The notes beneath the pieces were generated by a model that worked only from the letters and a program-made list of their open reading frames with translations, made no database searches and was not told the origin of the DNA. A stretch of DNA of 64,000 nucleotides from an uncultured virus (IMG/VR IMGVR_UViG_3300009151_004315) (taxonomy: Duplodnaviria; Heunggongvirae; Uroviricota; Caudoviricetes): positions 1 through 64,000 of the IMG/VR virus record IMGVR_UViG_3300009151_004315. The stretch is one strand, 5' to 3'. The translations under genes and the position numbers were made by a program. This document shows, one piece after another, positions 20,048 to 29,734 of the stretch; the stretch's first letter is position 1; every line of letters begins with the position of its first letter.

Positions 20048-20320
20048 TTACACCAAGTCAACTTGGACTTGTTTACCACGGATTGTATGACCTAGGCCTG
20101 TAGGAACTTCCTCATTTTTACGTTTTGCTTCATAACGCAAATAAGACAATTTAATTAGTGCATCCCAGCAAGTAGCACGGGCGTTTACCGTAGCAAACAT
20201 TTCCGTCATTTGCTGGACCGTCATATACATACCGATATCGTTTTCGGATCCGTCACCCTTGAAAATTACACGGAATTTTTGTGAGTTATTAAATCCGTCA
20301 ATGATAGTTTTTGTACGCAT
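20048..20320 (-). CDS. Early cassette gene, hypothetical
   Basis: Between two promoter repeats; AAGGA SD. Confidence 0.65.
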   Translation of the reverse strand: MRTKTIIDGFNNSQKFRVIFKGDGSENDIGMYMTVQQMTEMFATVNARATCWDALIKLSYLRYEAKRKNEEVPTGLGHTIRGKQVQVDLV

Positions 20321-20336
20321 TTTCTAGTCCTTTTCT

Positions 20337-20558
20337 TTATTGTCTAGATTCTATTGTAACAGAAACACCATTTATTGTCAAGTTTTGGTCAAGTTTAAAG
20401 TCCTCAAAATCTATCTCATTTTCCACATCGGAGATAACATTGCTAAGGTTGATGGACATGTCAAAAGCCTCGTCCGCATCACCAAATATTTCCTCAATGA
20501 GATCCTGAGCCTCGTTGAGCAAACTCAACAATTCCTGGAGGTTTTCAAATTTAGTCAT
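20337..20558 (-). CDS. Acidic small protein that reads through a promoter repeat
   Basis: Very Asp/Glu-rich; its C-terminal NLTINGVSVTIES is the translated promoter repeat. Confidence 0.55.
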   Translation of the reverse strand: MTKFENLQELLSLLNEAQDLIEEIFGDADEAFDMSINLSNVISDVENEIDFEDFKLDQNLTINGVSVTIESRQ

Positions 20559-20571
20559 TTAGTATTACCTT

Positions 20572-20793
20572 TTAGATATAGAATTCAGTATCAAAATTCA
20601 AAGCGGTATAGACACATTCACGGACTTCTGTATCCATTGCTTCACCGAACAATTCATAGTCGCTGTCGGCCAAGTCACGCAAATTTTGATAGACAACGGG
20701 CCAAGTGCTTTTCTGCATTTTGTGGAATTCAATAATATCGGCAATTTGTTTGTTACCGTTTTCGCTAAACATTCCGTATGATACTGTAGTCAT
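20572..20793 (-). CDS. Early cassette gene, hypothetical
   Basis: Downstream of the repeat at 20827-20855. Confidence 0.65.
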   Translation of the reverse strand: MTTVSYGMFSENGNKQIADIIEFHKMQKSTWPVVYQNLRDLADSDYELFGEAMDTEVRECVYTALNFDTEFYI

Positions 20794-20859
20794 TTCTAAG
20801 TCCTTTTCTTTACTGTCTAAGATTCTATTATATACCCAAACCCATTTATTGTCAAATTT

Positions 20860-21120
20860 TTACATTGACCAATAAGTCTCTGTTGCAGGATTACAACAGT
20901 GTGGGGTGTCGGCATCAATTTCTATTTCCTTACCGGACATGAGATTTTTAACTGTTTTCTTGGGGAAAACGAATCCAGGGTTAAGAACCTTGAAAGCTTC
21001 CAAAGTCTTAGCAGTTTGTGCTAACGGGTTAGTTTCAATGAATTTAATCATTGACAGAAAAGTCATACCCAAAAATTCTGCGTCTTTTTGAATAACTTTG
21101 ATTGCTGTAACTTGTTTCAT
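20860..21120 (-). CDS. Early cassette gene, hypothetical
   Basis: Downstream of the repeat at 21152-21180; ends in TPHCCNPATETYWSM. Confidence 0.65.
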   Translation of the reverse strand: MKQVTAIKVIQKDAEFLGMTFLSMIKFIETNPLAQTAKTLEAFKVLNPGFVFPKKTVKNLMSGKEIEIDADTPHCCNPATETYWSM

Positions 21121-21184
21121 TTGTGTCCTTTAGTTGACTGTCTAAGATTCTATTATATACCCAAAACCATTTATTGTCAACCTT

Positions 21185-21475
21185 TTATCGTTTGTCGCAA
21201 TACTCAAAAAGTATCCATTTTGCACGATTGAGGGCTTGACGGGCATCTTCGGCTCGCATATAGTCAATTTCACCATATTCGGTGTTAATCATCTCTTGGG
21301 CATCACTCATCAAACTAGCGGCCATCATTGCAGGACCCGAATGACGAAAAGTAATACTTTGTTCTACAGCCTCACGCATTTGGGCTTCTGTGCAACCATA
21401 CATGCGGATCTCACGTTTTTCTTGCATATCACGGTTAACAGCATTGACGATAGAAGAACGAAAATCAACTGTCAT
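21185..21475 (-). CDS. Early cassette gene, hypothetical
   Basis: Downstream of the repeat at 21508-21536; AGGAG SD. Confidence 0.65.
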   Translation of the reverse strand: MTVDFRSSIVNAVNRDMQEKREIRMYGCTEAQMREAVEQSITFRHSGPAMMAASLMSDAQEMINTEYGEIDYMRAEDARQALNRAKWILFEYCDKR

Positions 21476-21550
21476 AAAAACTCCTTTAATTAACTTACTA
21501 AGACTCTATTATATACCCAAAACTATTTATTGTCAAATTTTGGTAACCGT

Positions 21551-21572
21551 AAAAAAGCCCCGTTTCCAGGGC
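21551..21572 (-). terminator. Intrinsic terminator after clpP, upstream of cassette array 1
   Basis: GCCCUG-GAAA-CGGGGC followed by U6. Confidence 0.8.
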
Positions 21573-21587
21573 AAAACGTAATATTTT

Positions 21588-22175
21588 TTATTCTCGTTTT
21601 TCGATAATTTTATCAATCAATCCATAGTCTAATGCTTGTTTGGCTGACATAAAGTTATCACGTTCCATATCAAGTGTAAGTTGTTCAAACGTTTTACCTG
21701 CACTGTTATGTTTGACATATATTTCAGTAAGGTTCTTTTTCATTGCTAGAATTTCTTCTACTTGAATCAACATATCAGTTGCCTGACCACGTGCGCCACC
21801 ACTAGGTTGATGAATCATATGTCGTGCATTTGGCAACATAAAACGTTTGTCTTTGGCACCTGCTGTTGCCAATAGACTGCCCATACTACAAGCCTGACCC
21901 ATAACGATTGTTTGCACATCAGGTTTGATGAATTGCATACAATCATAGATGGCCATACCAGCAGTTACGCTACCACCTGGACTATTGATATACATTGAGA
22001 TATCTTTCTCACCCTCTGATTCTAAAAATAATAGCTGGGCAACGATTAGATTTGCCATTTGGTCGTGTACTTCACCTTCAAGCAAAATAACACGGTCACG
22101 CAATAGACGGCTGTAGATATCGTAACTACGCTCGCCTTTAGCGGTTTGTTCAATAACGATTGGGACTAGACTCAT
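21588..22175 (-). CDS. clpP: ATP-dependent Clp protease proteolytic subunit
   Basis: [28 protein letters not shown] (Ser), IHQP (His), ERDNF (Asp). Confidence 0.97.
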   Translation of the reverse strand: MSLVPIVIEQTAKGERSYDIYSRLLRDRVILLEGEVHDQMANLIVAQLLFLESEGEKDISMYINSPGGSVTAGMAIYDCMQFIKPDVQTIVMGQACSMGSLLATAGAKDKRFMLPNARHMIHQPSGGARGQATDMLIQVEEILAMKKNLTEIYVKHNSAGKTFEQLTLDMERDNFMSAKQALDYGLIDKIIEKRE

Positions 22176-22203
22176 AAACTTCCTTTATAAAAATATTTCT
22201 ATT

Positions 22204-22232
22204 ATTATAACAAGAGTTTATGCTGTTGTCAA
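22204..22232 (-). promoter_or_regulatory. Consensus sigma70 promoter of clpP
   Basis: TTGACA-17 nt-TATAAT. Confidence 0.75.
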
Positions 22233-22245
22233 ATGTTTTTGGTAA

Positions 22246-23813
22246 TTAACGTGTCTTACGTTTTTTACGACCTGCACCACCCGTATCAGTATCAACGGGT
22301 TCAATTGTTCTAGGTTCTTTCCTACGTTTTGGATCAACAATATCAGCCGCCGCAACAGTTACGTCATCGCCGTATTCATCAGATTGAACTACATCACCTG
22401 TAGCACCATCTGGACCTGGATCTTCATAGTCTTGTGCATTTCTACCCAATTTGAAACTGAACCCTGCACTACTTGGTTGTTTTGCACTAGATTTGTTTTC
22501 TAATGTAACAACACCTTCTAGCTTAGATGGCCATTGGGTTGCAAAGGTCAATTCACCGTTAGCATGATAATCAGTGTATTGTTGAATGAAGTTCATTTCC
22601 AAAACTTGTAAGATAGTATCAGCAAACTCAGGTATTGCATTATCTTCATTCACCGCACGTGATATTGTTTTCTTAATTAGATATACTAATTTACCACCTT
22701 CTGTAGCAACCTCACTATTAACAGTTGCAAGTAAAGGTTGATATGATGCTGGTAATCTAGAGCCATTGTTTATACTATCAATACTTTGTTGTAATACTTT
22801 AGGTGATGTGGTTTCAATGGTAAAAACTTATGCCATACTTTAGGAATGCTATTCGGATTTACTTTGAATAAAAAATCCATAATCTTAAATGCTTGAACGA
22901 TAGTACTTGGCCCGGTTTCGTCTTTTCCTGCCTGACACAACTCAATAAGTTTAACTGCGTTTTTTAGTTTACCATTACGCTTGATATCATCACTAACCTT
23001 TAAGCCTGATACAGCAGGAGCCGCTCCTCCTCCGGTGCCTTTACTTGAAATGTTTAAGCTATGACTTGTTCCTGGATTAGTAATAGTAGCATAACTATCA
23101 GCAATATTATTGTTAGCCGCACTCGGAAAGTTTAATACTAGTGAACCCATATCACCGCCTAGCCATTCTAGGAATTGACGTTTTCTAGGGAAGCGAGTAC
23201 GGTCATATAATAATGCTAGTACACCTAAGTATTCACCGGCATAATCAACAATGGCCTTACGTTCTTTTTCTTTTTCTTTTGTTACGTAGTTTTCAGGTAG
23301 TTGAACATATTCACCTGACACAATATAAGTAGCAAGTTGTTGTACTACTTGTCCGTAATCTGTACTAGCTAATACTTGATTGTTCTCAATAGTATCGTAT
23401 AAGTCTGATGCTGGGATATTTCTATCTGTGATTTTAATCAATGATGGTTTTAATAAAACAGATTCTTTTGTACTACCACCAAATTCTTCATTCTTAGCTA
23501 ACTGTGCCATTGGGATTTCTCTACCATCTTTGGTTATAATAGTAATCTTTTCACCGATAAAATCACCTGAATCTTTAAGTTGAGTTAACCGATTTACTTC
23601 GCTAGCTTTGATATAAATATCTTCACCGGTATAGTTATCAACAAATGGTTTATTAGTTTTTATTTTATTGATTAACAAATTCCATCTTTCAGGTTTTTTA
23701 TTAATCTGTGTTGGAGTTAAACCGTTAGCAAACAAAGTAGAAGGAGCGTTAGGATCCTTCTTTTTAGCTTCATCCATAGCTAAGTTTTCAAGTAATGTTA
23801 ATAAATCACGCAT
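22246..23813 (-). pseudogene. Single gene of about 520 aa split by a -1 frameshift near 22770-22827 (putative virion protein)
   Basis: The frame of 22246..22653 stays open upstream to 22827, overlapping the end of 22770..23813, and has no convincing start of its own. Confidence 0.65.
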
Positions 23814-23874
23814 AATGAGTATTTATGCTTTTAAACAGATTTTGATATTTAAACCATTGCCTAATAGGCAAGTG

Positions 23875-25014
23875 TTAACTCAACATGAGGTTAGCCTCAC
23901 GGCTAACATAATTGTCATAGTCTTTTGCAAGTAATAACACCGTATCATGTGGTGTGTTAATATTCCTTGCTACACGGGCTCTAACATACTTGCTTACATT
24001 TTTTGCAAGTAACATCAATGTTTCAGGTGGAGTGCTTCGATTTGATGCTACATTCATTTGAACATCTACGACTGGGTCTTTTGCAAGTAACATCAATGTT
24101 TTAGGTGGGGTGCTTGGATTTGATGCTACTAACTCTCTAACATCTATATCCTTATCTTTTGCTAGCAACATCAATTGTTCGGATGGAACTTCTTCCCGAT
24201 CGGCAATTAATTTTTTTGTTTTTAATGGCATTTTAGATACATCAATTTTAGAGAAGTCGTAATGTGCTCTAATAGCTGATTGTGTATCCAAATAACTGCT
24301 ACTACGTAGACGATAGTTGCCTTCAGGACTATTAGAATTTGCAAACTTACAAAATTTATCAACTACTTCTCTAAAGCCAGCTACATTAGTTCCGTACGCA
24401 TTATCTGGAAAAAGTACCATATGATTTTTGTAATAATATGGCTTTATCAATATTCGAGCCAATGGGTTATCAATATTTTTATCATTTTCTCTAATCAAGT
24501 ATGCAATGATTGCTCCGTTTTTAATGTCTGCTGGTATATATTTATTATTAACAGTCGGACCGTCATCTAAATCCATACATGAAACCCAACCACGGTCTGT
24601 ACTCATACCTGCAATATCAATCGGATCTCTTGAAAACACCACCTCAAGTGGAGAAGCCTGCCGTGTCGCGGCCCTAATTGGGTCATTTGCAAATTTATTT
24701 AATAACTTTTTATCCTTGATTAATTTTCCAATTTTTATTTTTTTACTTGGATCACTAGATTTTTTTGCCAATCCATGCTTATAGTCATCAATTTCATACC
24801 CAAGATTAGAAATTGCATTTTGTAGTTCTTTTTGAGTGGATGAAATTTCTTTACCTGAATCGGAAGATTGTACTTCTAGAGGTGCATAAATCCGAGATTT
24901 TCCATTAAACACATTATCGTGTATATTAGCATCGTACTCTGACCCTAAATCTTTGTATAATTTTGCAATTTGTTCAGGTGTTAGTGCTTCAATTAAAAAT
25001 TCTGTGGCTCTCAT
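23875..25014 (-). CDS. Hypothetical protein with C-terminal LRV/HEAT-like repeats
   Basis: About four 26-aa repeats, LMLLAKDxxxxVRxxVAxNxSTPPxT; 78-nt DNA periodicity near 24000-24130. Confidence 0.75.
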   Translation of the reverse strand: MRATEFLIEALTPEQIAKLYKDLGSEYDANIHDNVFNGKSRIYAPLEVQSSDSGKEISSTQKELQNAISNLGYEIDDYKHGLAKKSSDPSKKIKIGKLIKDKKLLNKFANDPIRAATRQASPLEVVFSRDPIDIAGMSTDRGWVSCMDLDDGPTVNNKYIPADIKNGAIIAYLIRENDKNIDNPLARILIKPYYYKNHMVLFPDNAYGTNVAGFREVVDKFCKFANSNSPEGNYRLRSSSYLDTQSAIRAHYDFSKIDVSKMPLKTKKLIADREEVPSEQLMLLAKDKDIDVRELVASNPSTPPKTLMLLAKDPVVDVQMNVASNRSTPPETLMLLAKNVSKYVRARVARNINTPHDTVLLLAKDYDNYVSREANLMLS

Positions 25015-25022
25015 ATTAGTAC

Positions 25023-25514
25023 TTATGCTTTAAACAAATCCTGGTGCTTAAACCACTTGCGCTTACTGTGAGCACCTTTTAATGAAATTCTATGTTTCTT
25101 TAATTTATCTCGGAATACAAAGAAGCTAGGACCATGACTCATTAGAGGTTGTTTACCTCGTTGAAGTCTTTCCATTCCTTGAATATCCCATTGATATTGA
25201 TGGCACATTTCGTGTGCTAATACTGTGATAAGCCACTGCTTACAGTACCACTTGTCCATCACTCTTATTTTACAGTAGCTCTTAGTCCTACTAGGCATTT
25301 CTAATGAACCGTAACACATGCCCCAATATTTTCTACAACGTGGCATAACTTCAATCTCAGGCATTATTAGCTTGTTATTAAATATTGTTTTATTCAGCAT
25401 CCTATAAAGTGATATAACTTCATCACGGTTGGTTCTATAACAAAGACGTTTTTGATATGTGATTGGTGGCAATTCCTCACGCATAAGGTCGATAATAGAA
25501 GTTTTTTTGAACAT
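25023..25514 (-). CDS. SprT-like zinc metalloprotease
   Basis: LNKTIFNNKL...VLAHEMCH...SHGPSF. Confidence 0.8.
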   Translation of the reverse strand: MFKKTSIIDLMREELPPITYQKRLCYRTNRDEVISLYRMLNKTIFNNKLIMPEIEVMPRCRKYWGMCYGSLEMPSRTKSYCKIRVMDKWYCKQWLITVLAHEMCHQYQWDIQGMERLQRGKQPLMSHGPSFFVFRDKLKKHRISLKGAHSKRKWFKHQDLFKA

Positions 25515-25613
25515 AATGTATTTATGATACTATTTAAATACGAATAATACACATATTACGGAAAAAATATATAACTTCTCTATCCGATTAAATATATGTT
25601 TAGGAGAAATCAA

Positions 25614-25934
25614 ATGGAAATTATTATAGGATTGGTCATTTTGGCCGGAGTAGCTTGGTTCTTTTTCATGCGTAATGATAAGAAATCAGATGAGGTAGTC
25701 ACATCTGCTACAGATAACGTCACTGCCCCGTACAAAGTACCAGAACCATCCGCTACTACACCAATACCGTTGGTCGCAGAAGTTATCCCAGCTGGTACGG
25801 AAGCTACAATGGCTGCACCAACTAAAGCTAAAGCACCAGCAAAGCCAAAGGCGCCGGCTAAGCCAAAAGCAACAACTGCTAAAGTTTCGGCAAAAGCTAA
25901 AGCACCTGCAAAGCCAAAAGCACCAAAAGCTTAA
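25614..25934 (+). CDS. Membrane-anchored protein with Lys/Ala/Pro-rich (histone H1-like) tail
   Basis: N-terminal TM helix; KAPAKP repeats; AGGAG SD. Confidence 0.65.
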   Translation: MEIIIGLVILAGVAWFFFMRNDKKSDEVVTSATDNVTAPYKVPEPSATTPIPLVAEVIPAGTEATMAAPTKAKAPAKPKAPAKPKATTAKVSAKAKAPAKPKAPKA

Positions 25935-26635
25935 TGAATATAGGGTTTGATGTTATTAGCGACCTTAATCTGGCCGCTGAAGATAGCTTTGATTGGGAAG
26001 ATAAGGCAACAAGCCTATACCTAATTATAGCAGGAAATATAAGCAATGATTTGCGAGTAATACATCAAACACTGGTTCATCTATCAAAATTTTATCAGGG
26101 TATCTTTTATATGCCCGGATCGTTAGAACACGATTCAATGCACCTTATAAAAAACAGATACAGAGAAATAGTAGAACTCTGTAGACCATTGAAAAAAGTA
26201 GCATGTCTATATAGATATGTAGTTATCATCAATGGTGTTGCCGTTCTAGGAGCAAATGGATGGTACGGTAATAAAAATGATTTGACCGACTCTTTAGAGA
26301 AGCTACATCTACATTCACAGCAAGTAGAAGATGTAACTTATCTGGGTGCTAGTTTAGAAAGACTTCAACTACATCTGGACGTTAAGAAAATAATTGTAGT
26401 TACACATAGTTCCCCTAGTCCCGAGTTGTTCTTTAAAGAAAATCCACCCGATCTTGATGTTCAAATTCCAATGATGCAAGTATTAGGAAATGATTCAGAA
26501 AATAAAGTAGTTACTTGGGTTTATGGTAGCTACAACAAAAATGTTGAAACTACTATCAATAACATAAATTATGTAAACAATTCATGTTATGATAAAAATC
26601 CTTATTGGCCTAAAAGAATTGATGTAGAAGTTTAA
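25934..26635 (+). CDS. Metallophosphoesterase-fold protein with degenerate metal ligands
   Basis: SDLNL, AGNI, GSLEH and VYGSY occupy the positions of SDLH, GD, GNHE and GHxH. Confidence 0.6.
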   Translation: MNIGFDVISDLNLAAEDSFDWEDKATSLYLIIAGNISNDLRVIHQTLVHLSKFYQGIFYMPGSLEHDSMHLIKNRYREIVELCRPLKKVACLYRYVVIINGVAVLGANGWYGNKNDLTDSLEKLHLHSQQVEDVTYLGASLERLQLHLDVKKIIVVTHSSPSPELFFKENPPDLDVQIPMMQVLGNDSENKVVTWVYGSYNKNVETTINNINYVNNSCYDKNPYWPKRIDVEV

Positions 26636-26940
26636 TTAACATCAGCTTCAACTTTAACCTGTAGAGGGAATCCCTGACTACGTGCATCAAGTGTAACTTC
26701 AATCCCGCGCTGTTCTGCAATCTCATATGGTAATACAGCAACTATAGCACTACCCTGTTGATGAATATTTTCAGTTAGTGATGTAGCAGTATCTTGATTA
26801 TAATTAAAATACCCGATTAAACTGTTAACCACAAAATTCATACTGGTAACTTCATCGTTCATATAAATGACTCTATAGAGTGGTGGTTCAGCAAGATTTA
26901 TGTTTGGGCTGATTTTAATTTTAATATCTGTTTTGGACAT
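26632..26940 (-). CDS. clpS: N-degron adaptor ClpS
   Basis: PPLYRVIYMNDEVTSMNFVV...IHQQGSAIV...YEIAE...GFPL. Confidence 0.88.
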   Translation of the reverse strand: MSKTDIKIKISPNINLAEPPLYRVIYMNDEVTSMNFVVNSLIGYFNYNQDTATSLTENIHQQGSAIVAVLPYEIAEQRGIEVTLDARSQGFPLQVKVEADVN

Positions 26941-27004
26941 AGTGTTAAGTTAGTTATATGTGCGAGTGTTACCCCGCACATTTATTTATATAAAATTTAT
27001 TATA

Positions 27005-27454
27005 TTACTTAGTGTAATTTATTGCAATAGATTTCGGCTTCTTTTCTTCAGGAACTTTACGTTCTAAAAAGATAGAAAGAATTCCATTCTTTACTTCAGC
27101 ATGTATAACCTCCACATGTTCAGCTAATGGGAATGTCTGTGTGAAATCTCTACTGCTTAGTCCTCGATGTAAATATTCATAATTAATTACTTCTTCACGT
27201 ACCCTAGATCCAGATACAATTAGTGCATTGTTATCTAATTTAACATCTAATTCATCTTCACCAAACCCGGCTACTGCAATTTCAATGGTTACAGTTTCCT
27301 CACCTGTTTTAATTACATTGTGTGGTGGATAATTAGTATTAGTTTGTCCAGCTGTTAAACGCATTAGTTCGTCTAACATAGAATCAAATCCGATTCCAAA
27401 TTTGTGTATAGATGGAATATCTATAGCACGAAGGGTTAAAGTTTTTGTTGTCAT
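27005..27454 (-). CDS. Small heat-shock protein (Hsp20/IbpA family)
   Basis: IGFD, NYPPHNV, IAVAGF, YLHRGLSSRDF and NGILSI motifs. Confidence 0.93.
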   Translation of the reverse strand: MTTKTLTLRAIDIPSIHKFGIGFDSMLDELMRLTAGQTNTNYPPHNVIKTGEETVTIEIAVAGFGEDELDVKLDNNALIVSGSRVREEVINYEYLHRGLSSRDFTQTFPLAEHVEVIHAEVKNGILSIFLERKVPEEKKPKSIAINYTK

Positions 27455-27512
27455 GTTTTTCTCCTATTAAGCAAGTTTATGACTATCGGGCCCGCAGAAT
27501 GCGGCACCCGAT
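27455..27512 (-). promoter_or_regulatory. ROSE-like RNA thermometer in the hsp20 5' UTR
   Basis: 5' hairpin AUCGGGUGCCGCA-UUC-UGCGGGCCCGAU, then CUUGCU-UAAU-AGGAG pairing the SD with a bulged G. Confidence 0.65.
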
Positions 27513-27524
27513 TTTTTATCTAAT

Positions 27525-29420
27525 TTAATTAGATTCTTTTACTTCCGCATCAACTACATTGTCATTAGCATTCTTTGCTTCTGTAGCTTCTTTGGCTTTT
27601 TGTTCCTCATCATATTTGATTTTTGTGATGGGACTAATTGCTTCGTATAAGTCTTTGATTTTGTTTTCAATTTCTTCTACGTCTGTTCCAGCTAATGCAA
27701 CTTCCAATGCATCAATGCTATTAGATGCTTTTTCTTTTTCTTCTGCTGTAACACTATCTCCGTGCTTCTCGTAGTCTTTACGGAAACTGTTCAATGTTGA
27801 TTCGCCGTTATTTTTTGCTTGAATAAATTTAACTTGTTTGGCATCAGATTCAGCATTTGCTTCAGCATCATTAACCATTTGTTGAATTTCTCTTTCAGTT
27901 AGTCCTGAATCAGATTTGATAGTAATCTTATTCTCTTTGCCTGTACCTTTATCTTTGGCACTTACATTAAGAATACCATTTGCATCAATATCTAACGTGA
28001 CTTCAATTTGAGGAACACCACGCATTGATGGAGGAATGCCCTCTAAATTAAATTCACCTAATATCTTATTGTATGTAAACAAATCACGTTCACCTTGTGC
28101 AACCTTAATAGTTACTGCAGGTTGATTGTCTTCCGCTGTACTAAACACTTGACTATGCTTAGTTGGGATAGTTGTATTCTTCTTAATCAATTTAGTGAAT
28201 ACACCGCCACTTGTTTCAATACCCAAACTCAGTGGTGTCACATCCAATAACAATACGTCAGTGCGTTCACCGGCTAATACACTACCTTGAAGTGCCGCAC
28301 CTGCCGCCACTGCTTCATCAGGATTAACATCTTTGCGTGGTGCCTGACCAAACAACTTCTCAACTGTTTCTTGTACTTTGGGCATACGTGTCATACCACC
28401 AACAAGAATAACCTCATCAATGTCAGCAATTTTAACACCGGCATCTTGTATAGCTTGTTGACATGGTTTGATACTACGTTGAATCAATTCATCAACTAAC
28501 AATTCTAATTTAGCACGACTTAATTTAACATTTAAGTGTTTAGGTCCACTAACATCGGCTGTGATATATGGCAAGTTAACATCTGTTTGAGCACTACTAC
28601 TTAACTCAATCTTTGCTTTCTCAGCCGCATCTTTCATCCGTTGCAATGCCAATACATCTTTGGTTAAGTCAATACCGTTGTCTTTCTTAAACTCATCAAC
28701 TAAGAAGTCCATGATACGTTGGTCAAAGTCTTCGCCACCTAAGAACGTATCACCATTTGTTGATAATACTTCAATTTGTGTTTCACCATCAACATCTGCT
28801 AATTCAATAATACTTACATCAAATGTACCACCACCTAAGTCATAAACAGCAATCTTACGGTCCGTTTTATCTTTTTTATCTACACCATATGCTAGTGCAG
28901 CCGCAGTAGGTTCGTTGATAATACGCAATACTTCTAGTCCTGCAATACGTCCTGCGTCTTTAGTTGCTTGACGTTGGCTATCATTGAAGTAAGCTGGAAC
29001 TGTAATAACTGCTTGAGTAACTGTTGTACCCAAATAGTCTTCAGCAGTCTTTTTCATCTTACGTAATACTTCAGCACTGATTTGCGGTGGTGCTAATTTT
29101 TGCCCATTAGACTCAACCCATGCATCGCCATTGTCTGCCTTAATGATTTTGTATGGCATCAAGTCAATATCTTTTTGAACCGCTTGTTCTGTGAACTTAC
29201 GACCAATCAATCGCTTGGCAGCATAGATTGTATTCTTTGGGTTTGTAACTGATTGACGTTTGGCACTTGCACCTACTAATATCTCATCATTGGCATAGGC
29301 AACGATTGAGGGTGTAGTTCTTGCACCTTCACTGTTTTCAATTATTTTGGGGATTCCGTTTTCAATAACGGCTACGCAGGAATTTGTGGTTCCGAGGTCT
29401 ATTCCAATTACTTTGCTCAT
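27525..29420 (-). CDS. dnaK: Chaperone DnaK (Hsp70)
   Basis: [30 protein letters not shown] and [11 protein letters not shown]. True start at 29420, after AGGAG. Confidence 0.98.
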   Translation of the reverse strand: MSKVIGIDLGTTNSCVAVIENGIPKIIENSEGARTTPSIVAYANDEILVGASAKRQSVTNPKNTIYAAKRLIGRKFTEQAVQKDIDLMPYKIIKADNGDAWVESNGQKLAPPQISAEVLRKMKKTAEDYLGTTVTQAVITVPAYFNDSQRQATKDAGRIAGLEVLRIINEPTAAALAYGVDKKDKTDRKIAVYDLGGGTFDVSIIELADVDGETQIEVLSTNGDTFLGGEDFDQRIMDFLVDEFKKDNGIDLTKDVLALQRMKDAAEKAKIELSSSAQTDVNLPYITADVSGPKHLNVKLSRAKLELLVDELIQRSIKPCQQAIQDAGVKIADIDEVILVGGMTRMPKVQETVEKLFGQAPRKDVNPDEAVAAGAALQGSVLAGERTDVLLLDVTPLSLGIETSGGVFTKLIKKNTTIPTKHSQVFSTAEDNQPAVTIKVAQGERDLFTYNKILGEFNLEGIPPSMRGVPQIEVTLDIDANGILNVSAKDKGTGKENKITIKSDSGLTEREIQQMVNDAEANAESDAKQVKFIQAKNNGESTLNSFRKDYEKHGDSVTAEEKEKASNSIDALEVALAGTDVEEIENKIKDLYEAISPITKIKYDEEQKAKEATEAKNANDNVVDAEVKESN

Positions 29421-29487
29421 TTTTTCTCCTTTATAAAGCAAGATTCTAATTTCAGACCCGATAATCGGCATCTGAGTACATATTTAT
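29421..29487 (-). promoter_or_regulatory. ATAAATA promoter plus ROSE-like thermometer in the dnaK 5' UTR
   Basis: ATAAATA at 29481-29487; hairpin UCAGAUGCCGA-UUA-UCGGGUCUGA; then UCUUGCUU-UAUA-AAGGAGA. Confidence 0.6.
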
Positions 29488-29518
29488 CATATTGATAATA
29501 CGTAAAAAATTCTATTAT

Positions 29519-29734
29519 TTAAAAGTCTTTCTTAGGAAGACTTTGGTCTCTTAAAAATTTCTGCCACCTACGTTTAGCTTGACTTTTTGCTAGTTTACGT
29601 TTGATAGTAGGTTTTACGAATTCTTGACGGTCACGTACCTCTTGTAAGGTGCCGTAGTCTGCGATAACTTTTTTAAATTTCCGCAATGCTTTGTCTACGT
29701 TTCCATCCTGAACTAAAACTTTCCTACCTCTCAT
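29519..29734 (-). CDS. rpsU: 30S ribosomal protein bS21
   Basis: VDKALRKFKK...EVRDRQEFVKPTIKRK...AKRR. Confidence 0.88.
   Translation of the reverse strand: MRGRKVLVQDGNVDKALRKFKKVIADYGTLQEVRDRQEFVKPTIKRKLAKSQAKRRWQKFLRDQSLPKKDF

Larger units (their letters stand above)
19988..21540 (-). repeat. Five copies of a ~50-60 nt promoter repeat (TTGACAATAAATGGNTTTGGGTATATAATAGAATCTTAGACAG)
   Basis: -10/-35 spans at 20016-20044, 20353-20381, 20827-20855, 21152-21180 and 21508-21536, all with 17-nt spacers and conserved spacer/downstream sequence. Confidence 0.9.

Noticed and set aside
19988..21540. CRISPR array or integron attC array
   Set aside because: Repeats are 320-480 nt apart, separated by ORFs, non-palindromic and match sigma70 promoters; no cas or integrase gene seen.
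26956..26982. Hairpin between hsp20 and clpS as an ncRNA
   Set aside because: It is a short imperfect stem (ATGTGCG/CGCACAT), adequately explained as a terminator or stability hairpin.
29421..29471. N-terminal extension of DnaK given by the ORF track
   Set aside because: The SD and family alignment place the start at 29420; the extension is the structured 5' UTR.
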